DNA from: Patescibacteria group bacterium
Lineage (GTDB): Bacteria; Patescibacteriota; Patescibacteriia; Magasanikbacterales; GWA2-37-8
Direction of reading: 5' to 3'
DNA: 64,000 bases
Assembly: GCA_041649475.1 (NCBI GenBank)
Contig: JBAZNA010000001.1
Span: 197,022 to 261,021 of the forward strand
Shown here: positions 1 through 10,520 of the stretch, one piece after another
How the letters are laid out: each line of letters begins with the position of its first letter
Numbering within the stretch: the stretch's first letter is position 1
Position numbers and translations under genes: made by a program
The notes under the pieces: generated by a model
The model's input: only the letters and a program-made list of their open reading frames with translations
Databases searched by the model: none
Told to the model about the DNA's origin: nothing

Positions 1-1269
1 GTTGGTCATATATTTATCGGCCAGTTTGGCCGCCGCTTCAATGGCTTCGCCCGTAATTTTCAAGTGGTGATAATTTTCGTAATTGGTTTTTATGCCGTTT
101 AAAATTTTTATGGTGTCGCCAACGCTTGATTCTTTGATATAAATTGGTTGAAACCGACGCTCCAGGGCGGCATCGCTTTCAATGTACTTTTTAAATTCCG
201 CGGGGGTGGTGGCGCCAATGCATCGCAGTTGTCCGCGTGCCAAAACCGGTTTTAAAATATTTGACGCGTCCAGTGTGCCTTGGTTGGAGCCGGCTCCGAC
301 AATATTATGCAGTTCATCAATAAACAGTATGATGTCAGGATTGTTGGCCACGTCTTCAATTATTTGCCGCAGTCGCGCTTCAAATTCACCGCGATAGGTC
401 GTGCCGGCAATTAGCAGTCCCATATCCAGGGCGTATATCTTTTTGCCCCGCAAAATATCCGGTACGTCGCCGGAGACGATTTTTTTAGCCAAACCTTCCA
501 CAATGGCGGTCTTGCCAACGCCCGGATCGCCTAAAAGCACCGGATTGTTTTTAGTGCGTCGGCAGATTATTTGAATCATTCTTTCAATTTCGGTCTCGCG
601 ACCGATAACCGGGTCAATGTTTGTTTGAATTTCCGGACTGGTCAGGTTGGCGGCAAAAAAATCCAGGGCTGATTCCTTTTTTTTGCCTTTTTTTGATAAT
701 TGGGAAAGATTGTTAAGTCCAAGCGGTTCTTCGCCCAAACTCAAACTGTCTTGCAACTTATCAATCATTTCCGGTACGTCATTTATCTGCGGAAACCCCG
801 CAACATTATTCATGACCGTTTCCAACTGGCTTTGCAGATCTTCTGTTTTTAAACTGTGATGCTGGAAAAATTTATCCAGCCACTCATCTTGCGTGGCCAA
901 AAGGGCGGATAATAGATGTTCGGTGCCAATATAGTTGTGGCCATTTTCCTGGGCGATCAGCATGGCTTTCTCTAAAGCCATTTTTGAAGACAAAGAAAAA
1001 GGAGATAAGCTGATTTGGTCTGTTTCCGGACTGTTTGTGGTTGGGTCTTGCGGTACGCTCTCGTCATAACTTAACATGGCCCGTTCAATTTTTTTGGAAT
1101 CAACCTTATATTTGACGAGCAGTTCATTGGCCACTGAGCCCTTTTGCAAAGAAATCGCAAAAAACAGATGCATCGGCTCAACTGATGTGTTTTTGAGTTC
1201 GGTGGCGAGACGAATGCTTCTGATTAAGACCTCGCGCAAATGGGTGGAAAATCTATCTATGATATTCAT
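1..1269 (-). CDS. ClpC/ClpB-family AAA+ ATPase chaperone, N-terminal part (truncated by window edge)
   Basis: Reverse-strand translation starts [15 protein letters not shown] at 1269 and carries Clp_N-like repeats, then a Walker A motif [15 protein letters not shown], then FIDELH and GATT motifs. The ORF runs off the window start. Confidence 0.8.
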   Translation of the reverse strand, partial: MNIIDRFSTHLREVLIRSIRLATELKNTSVEPMHLFFAISLQKGSVANELLVKYKVDSKKIERAMLSYDESVPQDPTTNSPETDQISLSPFSLSSKMALEKAMLIAQENGHNYIGTEHLLSALLATQDEWLDKFFQHHSLKTEDLQSQLETVMNNVAGFPQINDVPEMIDKLQDSLSLGEEPLGLNNLSQLSKKGKKKESALDFFAANLTSPEIQTNIDPVIGRETEIERMIQIICRRTKNNPVLLGDPGVGKTAIVEGLAKKIVSGDVPDILRGKKIYALDMGLLIAGTTYRGEFEARLRQIIEDVANNPDIILFIDELHNIVGAGSNQGTLDASNILKPVLARGQLRCIGATTPAEFKKYIESDAALERRFQPIYIKESSVGDTIKILNGIKTNYENYHHLKITGEAIEAAAKLADKYMTN

Positions 1270-1336
1270 AATAGTTGCTTTCATTTATATTGTATAATAT
1301 AATGATTTTAGCTTAATTTGTCAAAAAAATAACGCT

Positions 1337-2704
1337 ATGATAACAATATCTCCAGGAATTTTTAAAGCATACGATATCAGGGGGGTTTATGAAGTGGAAT
1401 TGGATGAGGATTTGGCTTACCGGGTGGGCAAGGCGTTTGCGGAATTTATTAAGAAAGATGCCGGTAAAAACGACTTAACAGTCGCGGTCGGGCAAGATAT
1501 GAGAATTTCTTCGCCGACCTTGTTTGAAGCGGTGGTAAAAGGCATAACCGAACAGGGTGTTAATGTGGTGGATATTGGTTTGGTTTCCACGCCGACTTTT
1601 TATTTTGGCGTCAGCTTCTACGGTTATGACGGCGGTTTGCAGGTTTCGGCTTCGCACAATCCGGCAAAGTATAATGGTTTTAAAATGGTGCGGGCCAGGG
1701 CGGTGCCCATCAGCGGGGAAACCGGAATAATGGAAATCCGGGATATGGCGATTAAAAATGAGTTTGTCGCGGCGCCGGAAAAGGGAAATGTGACAAAGCG
1801 CGAAGGTGTTTTGGAGGAGCAAATAAAATTTGCTTTGCAGTATGTTGATCTCCAAAAAATAAAACCGTTTAAAATTGTCATTGACACGGCCAACGGCATG
1901 GGTGGGCCGATGATGGAAGAATTATTTAAACATTTGCCGTGTAAATTGGAAAAATTATATTTTGAATTGGATGGAACCTTCCCCAATCACGAGGCCGATC
2001 CGTTAAAAGAAGAAAACATGAAGGACTTGCAGAAGCGAGTACTTGAAACCAAAGCGGATTTGGGAATTTCTTTAGATGGCGACGCGGACAGATTATTTTT
2101 TGTTGATGATAAGGGCGTAACCATTGAGCCGGCCATGGTGCGCGGAATTTTGGCCAAGATATTTTTGCGGGATAATCCGGGCGCGAAGATTTGCTATGAC
2201 ATCCGACCGGGAAAAATTACCATTGATATGATTGAAGAGGGCGGGGGCGTGCCGATTGTCACCCGCGTCGGTCATTCTTTGATCAAAGAAAAAATGGCCG
2301 AGGTCGGTTCGGTATTCGCCGGGGAGTCATCCGGGCATTTCTTTTTGAAAATGCCGCACGGAATTTTTGAAGCGCCGGAAATTATGATTTTAAAGATTTT
2401 ACAGGAGTTGTCGGAGAGTGGCCAGAGTTTTAGCGAGTACACCGCGCCCCTGTATAAGTATTTTCATTCCGGTGAAATTAATTTTGAAGTGAAAGACAAA
2501 CAAGCGGTGTTTGATAAGTTGCGGGAAAAATACGGAGCGAATTTGCAGTATGATTTTGACGGTTTGTCATTCCAGTGGCCGGAGTGGTGGTTTAATGTTC
2601 GGGCAAGTAACACAGAGAATAAAATGCGTTTGAATTTGGAAGCGACTAGTGAAGAGATTATGAAAGAGAAAGTTATGGAAGTAAGTGGACTTATTAAATT
2701 TTAA
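1337..2704 (+). CDS. phosphomannomutase/phosphoglucomutase (alpha-D-phosphohexomutase family)
   Basis: 455 aa ORF with the active-site serine motif SASHNPAKYNGFK and the conserved ISLDGDADR and GESSGHFF motifs of the family. Confidence 0.85.
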   Translation: MITISPGIFKAYDIRGVYEVELDEDLAYRVGKAFAEFIKKDAGKNDLTVAVGQDMRISSPTLFEAVVKGITEQGVNVVDIGLVSTPTFYFGVSFYGYDGGLQVSASHNPAKYNGFKMVRARAVPISGETGIMEIRDMAIKNEFVAAPEKGNVTKREGVLEEQIKFALQYVDLQKIKPFKIVIDTANGMGGPMMEELFKHLPCKLEKLYFELDGTFPNHEADPLKEENMKDLQKRVLETKADLGISLDGDADRLFFVDDKGVTIEPAMVRGILAKIFLRDNPGAKICYDIRPGKITIDMIEEGGGVPIVTRVGHSLIKEKMAEVGSVFAGESSGHFFLKMPHGIFEAPEIMILKILQELSESGQSFSEYTAPLYKYFHSGEINFEVKDKQAVFDKLREKYGANLQYDFDGLSFQWPEWWFNVRASNTENKMRLNLEATSEEIMKEKVMEVSGLIKF

Positions 2705-2729
2705 TTTATTTATATTTAATTTTTAGAAT

Positions 2730-3035
2730 ATGGCGTATGCAGAAAAAAATTTAATAGATAAATTACAAGATGAGATTAGGAATAAGAAGGATAAACAAAT
2801 GGAGGGGTTACGCAGGGCTTTTGAAATTTCTTTTTGGAAATATTGGGATGATCATAGTGAATATCCTAATCTTAATAATGACCAGGATGTTAATCTTTAT
2901 CTTGAGGGCCGTCCAGATTTAAAAGCTGCTGTTTTTAAACTGGATTTGGTTTTGCCTAGAGTGAAAGAAATTGCTTTTGAAATTCTTGAGAATTTAAGGA
3001 AAACAGGGGTAAGAAAAGGTGCGAAGAAGAAATAA
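2730..3035 (+). CDS. hypothetical small protein
   Basis: 101 aa ORF in host-like composition with no recognisable motif. Confidence 0.4.
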   Translation: MAYAEKNLIDKLQDEIRNKKDKQMEGLRRAFEISFWKYWDDHSEYPNLNNDQDVNLYLEGRPDLKAAVFKLDLVLPRVKEIAFEILENLRKTGVRKGAKKK

Positions 3036-3162
3036 GAGTTAAACAATTTCTAAAAATATTTTTAGTGGCCATACCCACTGTTTCACTGTGGTGGGCAACT
3101 CCAACAACTTCGTAAAGTTTGCCTTTGTAGCGCTCGTATTTGCCTAATTTTAGCATAAATAT

Positions 3163-4047
3163 TTACGCCATCCCTCTTAATTTTTTGATTCTGTCTTCAA
3201 TCGGCGGATGAGTGGAGAAAAGATTGGAAACTTTTTTACCGCTAAACGGGCTTGCCAGAAATAAATGGGCAGTGGCCTGATTGGCGTGTGCCAATGGTTG
3301 ATTTTCAGCCGCAATTTTTTCCAAAGCCCGAGCCAAACCTTCGGGATAGCGGGTGAGCAATGATCCGGAAGCATCAGCCAAATACTCTCGCCGGCGGGAA
3401 ATAGCCAATTTTATCAGTTCGGCAATAATTGGAGATAAGATCGCCAAGATAATTCCCACCACCATAAAGATAATGCCGAGATCTCCGCCTTCGCGGTTGT
3501 TGTTTCTTCTCGGCAGCCAACGGCTTCGTAAAAAAATATTTGATAAAATCGCAATTGCTCCCACCATCACCGCCACCAAAGTCATGAAGCGAATGTCATA
3601 GTTCTTAACGTGGGAAAGTTCATGAGCGATTACGCCTTCCAATTCTACGCTTTCTAATTTTTCAATCGCGCCGCGGGTGATGGCAATGGTGGCCATGTCC
3701 GGTTTGCGGCCCGTGGCAAAAGCGTTGATGGCAGGATCTTCCATTATGTATACCTTTGGCACCGGCAAACCGGCAGTGATGCATAAATTTTCAACCAGAT
3801 GATACACATATGGATTTTCATCATGTTCAATCGGGTGGGCGCCGTTTGTCCAAAGCGCAATTTTGTCGCCCTGGAAATATGAAATCGCCGTCATGCCCAG
3901 AGAAAAAATAATCGCAAAGAAAACACCGCCATAACTTCCGGAACCGGAGGCCTGATCAAACACAAACCCCAAAGCAATGATGACCACAATAAAAATCATC
4001 ATCAAAATTATGGATTTTCGTTTGTTGGAATCTATCTCGTTATACAT
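3163..4047 (-). CDS. htpX: zinc metalloprotease HtpX (M48 family)
   Basis: N-terminal transmembrane segments and the HELSH zinc-binding HExxH motif. The size and layout are typical of HtpX, and it sits directly downstream of lemA on the same strand. Confidence 0.85.
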   Translation of the reverse strand: MYNEIDSNKRKSIILMMIFIVVIIALGFVFDQASGSGSYGGVFFAIIFSLGMTAISYFQGDKIALWTNGAHPIEHDENPYVYHLVENLCITAGLPVPKVYIMEDPAINAFATGRKPDMATIAITRGAIEKLESVELEGVIAHELSHVKNYDIRFMTLVAVMVGAIAILSNIFLRSRWLPRRNNNREGGDLGIIFMVVGIILAILSPIIAELIKLAISRRREYLADASGSLLTRYPEGLARALEKIAAENQPLAHANQATAHLFLASPFSGKKVSNLFSTHPPIEDRIKKLRGMA

Positions 4048-4062
4048 TTTATGTGTGGCCAG

Positions 4063-4614
4063 CTAGAATTTCACTTGCACGTTTTCCTTTTCCGCCGCAT
4101 CCGCCTGGAAGAAATCGTATTTTTTGAAATTCATCATGCCGGCAAAAATATTTGTCGGGAAGACCTGAATTTGGGTGTTGAAGTCGCGCACGTTGCCGTT
4201 GTAGAAGCGGCGGGAGGCCTGAATTTTATTTTCCGTATCGCTAATTTCACCTTGTAATTGCAAGAAATTCTGATTGGCTTTTAAGTCCGGGTAATTTTCA
4301 CTGACGGCAAACAAGGTTTTTAAGGTGCCTGATAATTGATTTTCCGCTTGTTCGCGTTCAGCCATTGAACCGCCTTTGGCCGACATAGCCGCGGTTCTGG
4401 CTTCAGTTAATTGAACCAAAGTGTCGTGTTCATGGGTCATGTAGCCCTTTACCGTTTCCACTAAATTCGGAATCAAGTCATAGCGGCGTTTCAATTGGAC
4501 GTCAATATCGCTAAAGGCCTCATCCACGCGGTTTTTTGACTTAATTAAACCGTTGTATATGGCTATAATCCAAAAAACGATCACGGCCACTATTGCCAAA
4601 ATTACCCAAAGCAT
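4063..4614 (-). CDS. lemA: LemA family protein
   Basis: 183 aa with an N-terminal transmembrane helix and a LemA-type sequence (NGLIKSKNRVDEAFSDIDVQLKRRYDLIPNLVETVKGY). LemA-HtpX pairing is a common operon. Confidence 0.85.
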   Translation of the reverse strand: MLWVILAIVAVIVFWIIAIYNGLIKSKNRVDEAFSDIDVQLKRRYDLIPNLVETVKGYMTHEHDTLVQLTEARTAAMSAKGGSMAEREQAENQLSGTLKTLFAVSENYPDLKANQNFLQLQGEISDTENKIQASRRFYNGNVRDFNTQIQVFPTNIFAGMMNFKKYDFFQADAAEKENVQVKF

Positions 4615-4727
4615 ATGATTAAGATTAAAATTAAGTTATATTTTCTGCCCGCAGGGCAGCTATTGGCTTTTTCGTGAGTTTATTATATGATATAGCAATA
4701 AAATAAGCAAGATTTTCTCTTTATTGT

Positions 4728-6026
4728 ATGATTACCCTATTAATCTTTTTGGCCATCTTGGCAATTTTGGTTTTATCCCATGAATTTGGGCATTTTGTTG
4801 CCGCGCGCCGAAGCGGGATGAAGGTTTATGAGTTTGGTTTTGGCTTTCCGCCAAGGTTATTTGGCATCCAACTGCTCAAAAGCAGAAAACCGGCTAAAAT
4901 TGGTGAAATTCAAGAAACAGATATAAAAATTGAAGATATAAAAACAGCGGACGGCCAGGAGGTTGTGACCGAAACAGTGACGACAGACACTAAGACAATA
5001 GTTCAAACCACGAAAAAGTGGCGTTTTATTTGGTGGAATAAGGATGTTGTACCTGAAGAAGGAGACAGCACGCTGGAACATGGCACGGTTTATTCTTTTA
5101 ATCTGATTCCCCTGGGCGGTTTTGTGCGTATCAAAGGTGAAGAAGGCGACGAAACAGGTCCGGATAGTTTTAATACGCAAAAAACTTGGAAAAAGGCCAT
5201 CACGCTGGTTGCCGGCGTGGCCATGAATGTGGTTTTAGCCGCGATTTTGCTTTCAATCGGGTTTATGACCGGCATACCGCAAGCGGTTGATGATTCTACG
5301 GTTGGAGTGAGAAACAGGCACGTGGAAATCGTCCAGGTTTTGCCGGGCAAGCCGGCCGAGCTGGCTGGTTTAAAAGCCGGCGATGAATTTTTAAAAATTG
5401 ATAATATAAATTCTCCCAGTTCAAAACAATTGCAGGATTATTTAAATGCCAATAAAGATAAAAATATTAATGTCGTTGTAAACCGGAATGGCCAGCTTAT
5501 TACAAAAGATATTCATCCAATTATTTATCCGGATACGGGCAAGGCGGGTTTGGGTGTGTCCATAGTTGATGTCGGCGTGGTTGGTTATCCGTGGTATAAA
5601 GCCATATATTATGGAATAATAACCACCGGATTTTATTTGAAAGAAATCGTGTTGGCGTTTTACGGTTTGATTAAAGGGCTCTTTGTCGGCGCGCCGGTGG
5701 GTGATGCTGTTTCCGGGCCGGTGGGCATTGCGGTTATGACCGGGCAAGTGGCTAAACTTGGTTTTGCTTATTTGTTAAATTTTACCGCCTTATTATCATT
5801 GAATTTGGCAATCATAAATATTTTGCCGATCCCGGCTTTAGATGGCGGTCGGTTGTTATTTCTGGTAATCAATAAATTTAAACGCAAGCAAATTAATCCC
5901 AAGCATGAACAGTTGGCGCATACCATCGGTTTTGCCCTGTTGATGCTTCTGGTGGTGGTGGTGACGGTAAAAGACATCGGCGCGTTTAGCGGTTCAATCG
6001 TGAACTTCTTTAAAAATTTATTTTAA
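4728..6026 (+). CDS. rseP: RseP-type site-2 protease (M50 family) with PDZ domain
   Basis: An HEFGHF zinc motif close to the N-terminus, multiple transmembrane segments, a central PDZ-like region and a C-terminal LDGG motif. Confidence 0.8.
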   Translation: MITLLIFLAILAILVLSHEFGHFVAARRSGMKVYEFGFGFPPRLFGIQLLKSRKPAKIGEIQETDIKIEDIKTADGQEVVTETVTTDTKTIVQTTKKWRFIWWNKDVVPEEGDSTLEHGTVYSFNLIPLGGFVRIKGEEGDETGPDSFNTQKTWKKAITLVAGVAMNVVLAAILLSIGFMTGIPQAVDDSTVGVRNRHVEIVQVLPGKPAELAGLKAGDEFLKIDNINSPSSKQLQDYLNANKDKNINVVVNRNGQLITKDIHPIIYPDTGKAGLGVSIVDVGVVGYPWYKAIYYGIITTGFYLKEIVLAFYGLIKGLFVGAPVGDAVSGPVGIAVMTGQVAKLGFAYLLNFTALLSLNLAIINILPIPALDGGRLLFLVINKFKRKQINPKHEQLAHTIGFALLMLLVVVVTVKDIGAFSGSIVNFFKNLF

Positions 6027-6034
6027 TTTTAAAT

Positions 6035-7066
6035 ATGCAATCTAAACTGCAGAAATTAAAAACCGAAGCCCTGCTGGCGATAAAATCCGCAAAAGATAAA
6101 TTGGAAGTTGAGGCCTTGGAACAGAAATTATTCGGCCGCAAGGGCGGAGAGATGACGGATATCTTGAAAGGCATAAAAGATTTGAGCGAAGATGCAAAAA
6201 AAGAAATCGGGCAATTGGCCAATGAAGTGAAAAAAGAAATTGAAAACGCGCTGGCCGCAAAAAAACAAGAGGTTTTGTCAAAAAGTTTTGCCGGCGCCTT
6301 GGAAAAAGAGCGAGTGGATTTAACCCAGCCGGCTTTGCCGCATCAAGAACGCGGGCATCTTCATCCGGTGTCAGTAATTCAAAATCAGTTGGAGGATTTA
6401 TTTGCGTCAATGGGTTTTATGGTTTTAGACGGTTCGGAATTGGAAAGCGATTATTATAATTTTTCAGCGGTAAATATTCCGGAAGATCATCCGGCGCGCG
6501 ACATGCAGGATACTTTTTATATTAAAAACCATCCGGATTGGGTGATGCGAACCCACACTTCTTCAATGCAGGTGCGGGGAATGCAAAAATACGGCGCGCC
6601 GCTTCGGGCGATTATTCCGGGCAAGTGTTACCGGAATGAAGCCACCGATGTCAGGCATGAACACACCTTTTATCAAATGGAGGGGTATGTTGTTGATAAA
6701 AATATCAACTTCGGGCACATGAAAGCGGTTTTGGAAACCGTGGCCAAAAATTTGTACGGCGCGGAAACCCAGGTTCGGCTGCGGCCGAAGTTTTATCCGT
6801 TTGTGGAGCCGGGCGTCAACGGCGAAGTGACTTGTTTTTTGTGTCATGGCAACGGTTGCCGGTTGTGTAAAAACAGCGGCTGGCTGGAGATTTTTGGCGC
6901 CGGTATGATTCACCCCAATGTTTTAAAAGAAGCCAATATTGATTCGAAAATTTATTCCGGTTTTGCTTTTGGCTTTGGTCTCACCCGTTTGGTGATGCTT
7001 AAATACGGCATTGAAGACATCCGCCTGCTCCAAAGCGGGGAGATGAAATTTTTAGAACAATTTTAA
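6035..7066 (+). CDS. pheS: phenylalanine--tRNA ligase alpha subunit
   Basis: 343 aa with class II aminoacyl-tRNA synthetase core motifs (FPFVEPG, GAGMIHPNVL), located immediately upstream of pheT. Confidence 0.9.
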   Translation: MQSKLQKLKTEALLAIKSAKDKLEVEALEQKLFGRKGGEMTDILKGIKDLSEDAKKEIGQLANEVKKEIENALAAKKQEVLSKSFAGALEKERVDLTQPALPHQERGHLHPVSVIQNQLEDLFASMGFMVLDGSELESDYYNFSAVNIPEDHPARDMQDTFYIKNHPDWVMRTHTSSMQVRGMQKYGAPLRAIIPGKCYRNEATDVRHEHTFYQMEGYVVDKNINFGHMKAVLETVAKNLYGAETQVRLRPKFYPFVEPGVNGEVTCFLCHGNGCRLCKNSGWLEIFGAGMIHPNVLKEANIDSKIYSGFAFGFGLTRLVMLKYGIEDIRLLQSGEMKFLEQF

Positions 7067-7084
7067 CTTTCTTTCACACAGAAT

Positions 7085-9532
7085 ATGCTTATCTCTTTTA
7101 ACTGGTTAAAAAAATACGTCAAGTTACCTGATTCGGTTAGTGCCGAGGATGTAGCTGAAAAATTAAAGCAAAGCACGGTGGAAATTGAAAAAGTGGCCAG
7201 TCGCGCCAAGGATTTGGAAAATATTGTAGTTGGAAAAGTTGTGTCTTGCGATAAACATCCGAATGCCGATAAATTACAGGTTTGCAAAGTCAGCGTCGGC
7301 AATGAAGAAGTGGAAGTTGTTTGCGGAGGCAGTAATGTGAAAGAAGGAATGCTGGTGGCGCTGGCAAAAGTTGGCGCCAAAGTGCGCTGGCATGGAGCCG
7401 GGGAGTTGGTTGAGCTTGCGCCAACAGAGATTCGCGGCGTGAAATCATTCGGGATGATTTGCGCGTCAACTGAAATCGGTCTGGCTGACATGTTTCCTTT
7501 AAAAAGCGAAAAAGAAATTTTGGATTTGAGCGGCGTGAAAGCAAAGCCGGGCGCGCCTTTAAACAAAGCGTTGGGTTTGGATGATGCGGTTTTAGAAATT
7601 GATAATAAATCTTTGAGCAACCGGCCCGATCTGTGGGGGCATTACGGCCTGGCGCGTGAAGTGGCCGCGTTATATAAAAAGGATTTAAAAGCATACGAGG
7701 TCAAGAAAATAAAATCGGGCAAGGGCCTGAAAGTGAAAGTAGAAATTGAAGATAAAAAGTTGTGTCCGCGGTATATGGCCGTGGCCGTCTCGGGAATTAA
7801 GGTGAAAGAGTCCCCGGAGTGGCTAAAGAAAAGTTTGTTAGCAGTGGGCCTGCGACCAATAAACAACATCGTTGATATCACCAATTATGTGATGATGGAT
7901 TTGGGTCAGCCCATGCATGCGTTTGATGCCAAGGTTTTATCTGGCGATAAGAAACAGGCCGCGATTGTGGTGCGGCGTGCGAAAGACGGCGAAGAATTCG
8001 TTACTTTGGATGAACAGAAAAGAAAATTGGATTCGTCAATGCTTATGATTGCCAATCCGGAAAAATCGTTGGCCATTGCCGGCGTAATGGGCGGGATGGA
8101 AAGCGGAATTAATGCCGGTACTGATACTATAATTTTTGAATCCGCCAATTTTGATGCTTCATCAATAAGAAAAACGTCTACTAAATTGGGTTTGCGCACT
8201 GATTCATCGGCTCGTTTTGAAAAAAGTTTGGATCCGAATTTGTGCGTGTCGGCTTTAAGCAAAGCCGTCCAATTGGCGCTGGAATTAAATCCCGGCGCCG
8301 GTGTAGGCGGTAATATTGCCGATGAAGCAAATTTTCATCTTAGCACGGGTCCAATAGGATTTGGCCTGGAATATTTGAAGAAAATTGCCGGAGTGGAAAT
8401 TTCCAAAAAAGAAGCGGTAAGCATTTTAGAACGATTGGGTTTTGCGGTCACCGGTAAAGGCGATGAAATGAAAGTAAAAATTCCCAGCTGGCGCGCCACC
8501 AAAGACATCTCTCTTCCCGAGGACTTGGTTGAAGAAATTGTGCGTATTTATGGCTATGAAAATATATTGTCTGCGATGCCGACGTTTCCGATAAACCCGC
8601 CGGAAGAAAACAAAGTGCGTAAACTGGAAAGACAAATTAGGGATTTGCTGGTAAAAGAAATGTCATATACGGATATGTATAATTATTCTTTTGTCAGTCC
8701 GCAGATGATTGCCAAAATGAATGATGATGTTAAAAAATATATTGAACTTGATAATCCAATTTCGCAGGAACGGCCGTATGTGCGCCGGCATTTAATCACT
8801 AACCTGTTGGAAAATATTTTAAAAAATATTGATAATCATCCCACTTTGCGTTTATTTGAAATCGGTAAAACCTTTATAAGTGAAAAGCCGGGGCAAAGAA
8901 CAATGGCCAACAATGACGATCTGCTTCCGCGCCAGGACACCTGGCTGACAAGTGTGTTTGTGGAAAAGAAAAATGCGGCGCCGTTTTGGCAGGCACGCCG
9001 GGTAGTGGAAAATATTCTGGGCGATTTGGGGCAAAATTTTGAAGTGAAGGTGCCGAAAGAAATTTATCCGTGGCAGCATAAAGCGCGCGTGGCCAGAGTA
9101 ATGGTTGCCGGAGAAGATGTGGGTTCGGTTTATGAACTTAATCCGGCCGCGGGAGCCAACTTAGGTTTAGAGTGGAGCGTGGGCGTGGCGGCGTTAAACA
9201 TTGATAAGCTGGCAATGCTGCCTGTGTCTGACAAAAAATATAAACCACTGTCAGAATATCCGGCCATAGAACGGGATTTGGCGATTTTGGTGAAAAAAGA
9301 AGTTTCACACGGTGAAATTATTTCAGCCCTGGCGCACACTGATCCGATTTTAGCATCTGTGGATCTGTTTGACGTCTATGAAGGAGAGAACATCGGCGCC
9401 GGTTACAAAAGCATGGCTTATCATTTTGTCTATCGCGACCTTAAGCGAACCCTTACGGCCGGAGAGGTTGAAAAAGTGCACAGTAAAATTTTAAAAATTC
9501 TTCAGGAAAAATTTAAAGCGAGCGTGAGATAG
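7085..9532 (+). CDS. pheT: phenylalanine--tRNA ligase beta subunit
   Basis: 815 aa with an N-terminal tRNA-binding domain (MLISFNWLKKYV, CDKHPNADKLQVC), B3/B4 and B5 regions and a C-terminal FDVY anticodon-binding domain. Confidence 0.9.
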   Translation: MLISFNWLKKYVKLPDSVSAEDVAEKLKQSTVEIEKVASRAKDLENIVVGKVVSCDKHPNADKLQVCKVSVGNEEVEVVCGGSNVKEGMLVALAKVGAKVRWHGAGELVELAPTEIRGVKSFGMICASTEIGLADMFPLKSEKEILDLSGVKAKPGAPLNKALGLDDAVLEIDNKSLSNRPDLWGHYGLAREVAALYKKDLKAYEVKKIKSGKGLKVKVEIEDKKLCPRYMAVAVSGIKVKESPEWLKKSLLAVGLRPINNIVDITNYVMMDLGQPMHAFDAKVLSGDKKQAAIVVRRAKDGEEFVTLDEQKRKLDSSMLMIANPEKSLAIAGVMGGMESGINAGTDTIIFESANFDASSIRKTSTKLGLRTDSSARFEKSLDPNLCVSALSKAVQLALELNPGAGVGGNIADEANFHLSTGPIGFGLEYLKKIAGVEISKKEAVSILERLGFAVTGKGDEMKVKIPSWRATKDISLPEDLVEEIVRIYGYENILSAMPTFPINPPEENKVRKLERQIRDLLVKEMSYTDMYNYSFVSPQMIAKMNDDVKKYIELDNPISQERPYVRRHLITNLLENILKNIDNHPTLRLFEIGKTFISEKPGQRTMANNDDLLPRQDTWLTSVFVEKKNAAPFWQARRVVENILGDLGQNFEVKVPKEIYPWQHKARVARVMVAGEDVGSVYELNPAAGANLGLEWSVGVAALNIDKLAMLPVSDKKYKPLSEYPAIERDLAILVKKEVSHGEIISALAHTDPILASVDLFDVYEGENIGAGYKSMAYHFVYRDLKRTLTAGEVEKVHSKILKILQEKFKASVR

Positions 9533-9607
9533 TAAAAAATTTGTTGCATCTTTAAATTTGTGCTATAATATCTTCAGATTATTTTTATTTTTAATTTAAG
9601 GAGCGGT

Positions 9608-9994
9608 ATGATAGAAACTTCCAAAGATATTTTATACCTGGTCATCGCGTTTTGTGTTTTGTGGCTGACGGTTTTTCTCTGCTGGACGTTTTTCTACGTG
9701 GTGAAAATTTTAAAGAACACCAACCGGGTGGTTGAAGAATTTCGCTCGCGCCTGCAACTGCTAACTGAAACCATAAATTATGTGCGCGGCAAGGTGGAAA
9801 GCATTCATGCTTTGATTGGTTTAGCCGGCGGCAATGTAGCCAATGCCGTAAAAAATATCGTGAGCAAGAAAGCCAAAGAATGGGTTGATAGCGGTTCTAA
9901 AAAAATGAATACTTCAGCTAAAGACGCGGTGGACTTTGCGGTAAAAGCGACTGCAAAGGGCATGAGCAAGGTAGCAAAGAAGATTAGAAGATAA
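9608..9994 (+). CDS. hypothetical small membrane protein
   Basis: 128 aa with an N-terminal transmembrane helix and a Lys-rich C-terminus. It is preceded by an extended -10 (tgcTATAAT) and an AAGGAG ribosome-binding site, and followed by a terminator hairpin. Confidence 0.5.
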   Translation: MIETSKDILYLVIAFCVLWLTVFLCWTFFYVVKILKNTNRVVEEFRSRLQLLTETINYVRGKVESIHALIGLAGGNVANAVKNIVSKKAKEWVDSGSKKMNTSAKDAVDFAVKATAKGMSKVAKKIRR

Positions 9995-10008
9995 AATAAA
10001 TTTAAACA

Positions 10009-10033
10009 AGAGAGCCCACCCGGGCTCTTTTAA
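10009..10033 (+). terminator. intrinsic terminator hairpin agagcccacccgggctct followed by a T-tract
   Basis: Perfect GC-rich inverted repeat followed by ttttaag. Confidence 0.6.
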
Positions 10034-10046
10034 GTTGCCTCCTATC

Positions 10047-10075
10047 TTGACAAAAAAATATTTTTAGTGTATTCT
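10047..10075 (+). promoter_or_regulatory. sigma70-like promoter (TTGACA -17- TATTCT) driving GC-rich cassette A
   Basis: Consensus -35 TTGACA, a 17-nt AT-rich spacer and -10 tattct. A structured GC-rich leader with a strong GAAGGAG ribosome-binding site lies downstream. Confidence 0.5.
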
Positions 10076-10149
10076 TGGTGATTATTCCTTAGGTAAGGAA
10101 GCCCGGACCATTCCGGTTCGGGTATGATGATAGAGGAAGGAGAAAAAAG

Positions 10150-10497
10150 ATGGGAATGCGCGCGAAGGACTGGGAGGCGGCCCAGGCCGTTTTCTTGAAA
10201 GAGGCCGGTGCCGACCCTGACCCCGACGATTCGTGGACCGTAGTTCGGTCGCCGAGTTTGCAGGAGCTTCTGCTGGCAAAGGAGCAGGAGTTCCCGGTTG
10301 AGCTCGAGCTCTCCGACGGCCGCAAGATGACCGTGTTCGTCGAGGATATCAAGGACCCCGACGCGCACGGCGAAGTGGAGGTGTACGTAATGTACGTCGC
10401 CAACGGCAACCGGCGCCGGCGGTACCTGCACTTCACCCCCGACGTCTACGAGCCCAGGGTCAACGTCTACCCCGAGCCCAAGGAATCCGTGGGCTGA
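10150..10497 (+). CDS. hypothetical protein, compositionally foreign GC-rich cassette A (115 aa)
   Basis: ATG preceded by a GAAGGAGAAAAAAG ribosome-binding site. Codon third positions are strongly G/C-biased, and the first 60 nt count about 63% GC against about 28-40% in neighbouring genes. Its own promoter is upstream and an intrinsic terminator is downstream. No recognisable domain. Confidence 0.6.
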   Translation: MGMRAKDWEAAQAVFLKEAGADPDPDDSWTVVRSPSLQELLLAKEQEFPVELELSDGRKMTVFVEDIKDPDAHGEVEVYVMYVANGNRRRRYLHFTPDVYEPRVNVYPEPKESVG

Positions 10498-10520
10498 CCC
10501 CACTTCCTCCCTCGTCTCAC

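Noticed and set aside
1475-1986. Two minus-strand ORFs inside the phosphohexomutase gene
   Set aside because: Frame shadows inside a well-supported conserved CDS.
3036-3162. Possible terminator hairpin (cccac...gtggg) between the 2730-3035 ORF and htpX
   Set aside because: The stem is short and imperfect, with no clear T-tract on either strand. It is too weak to call.
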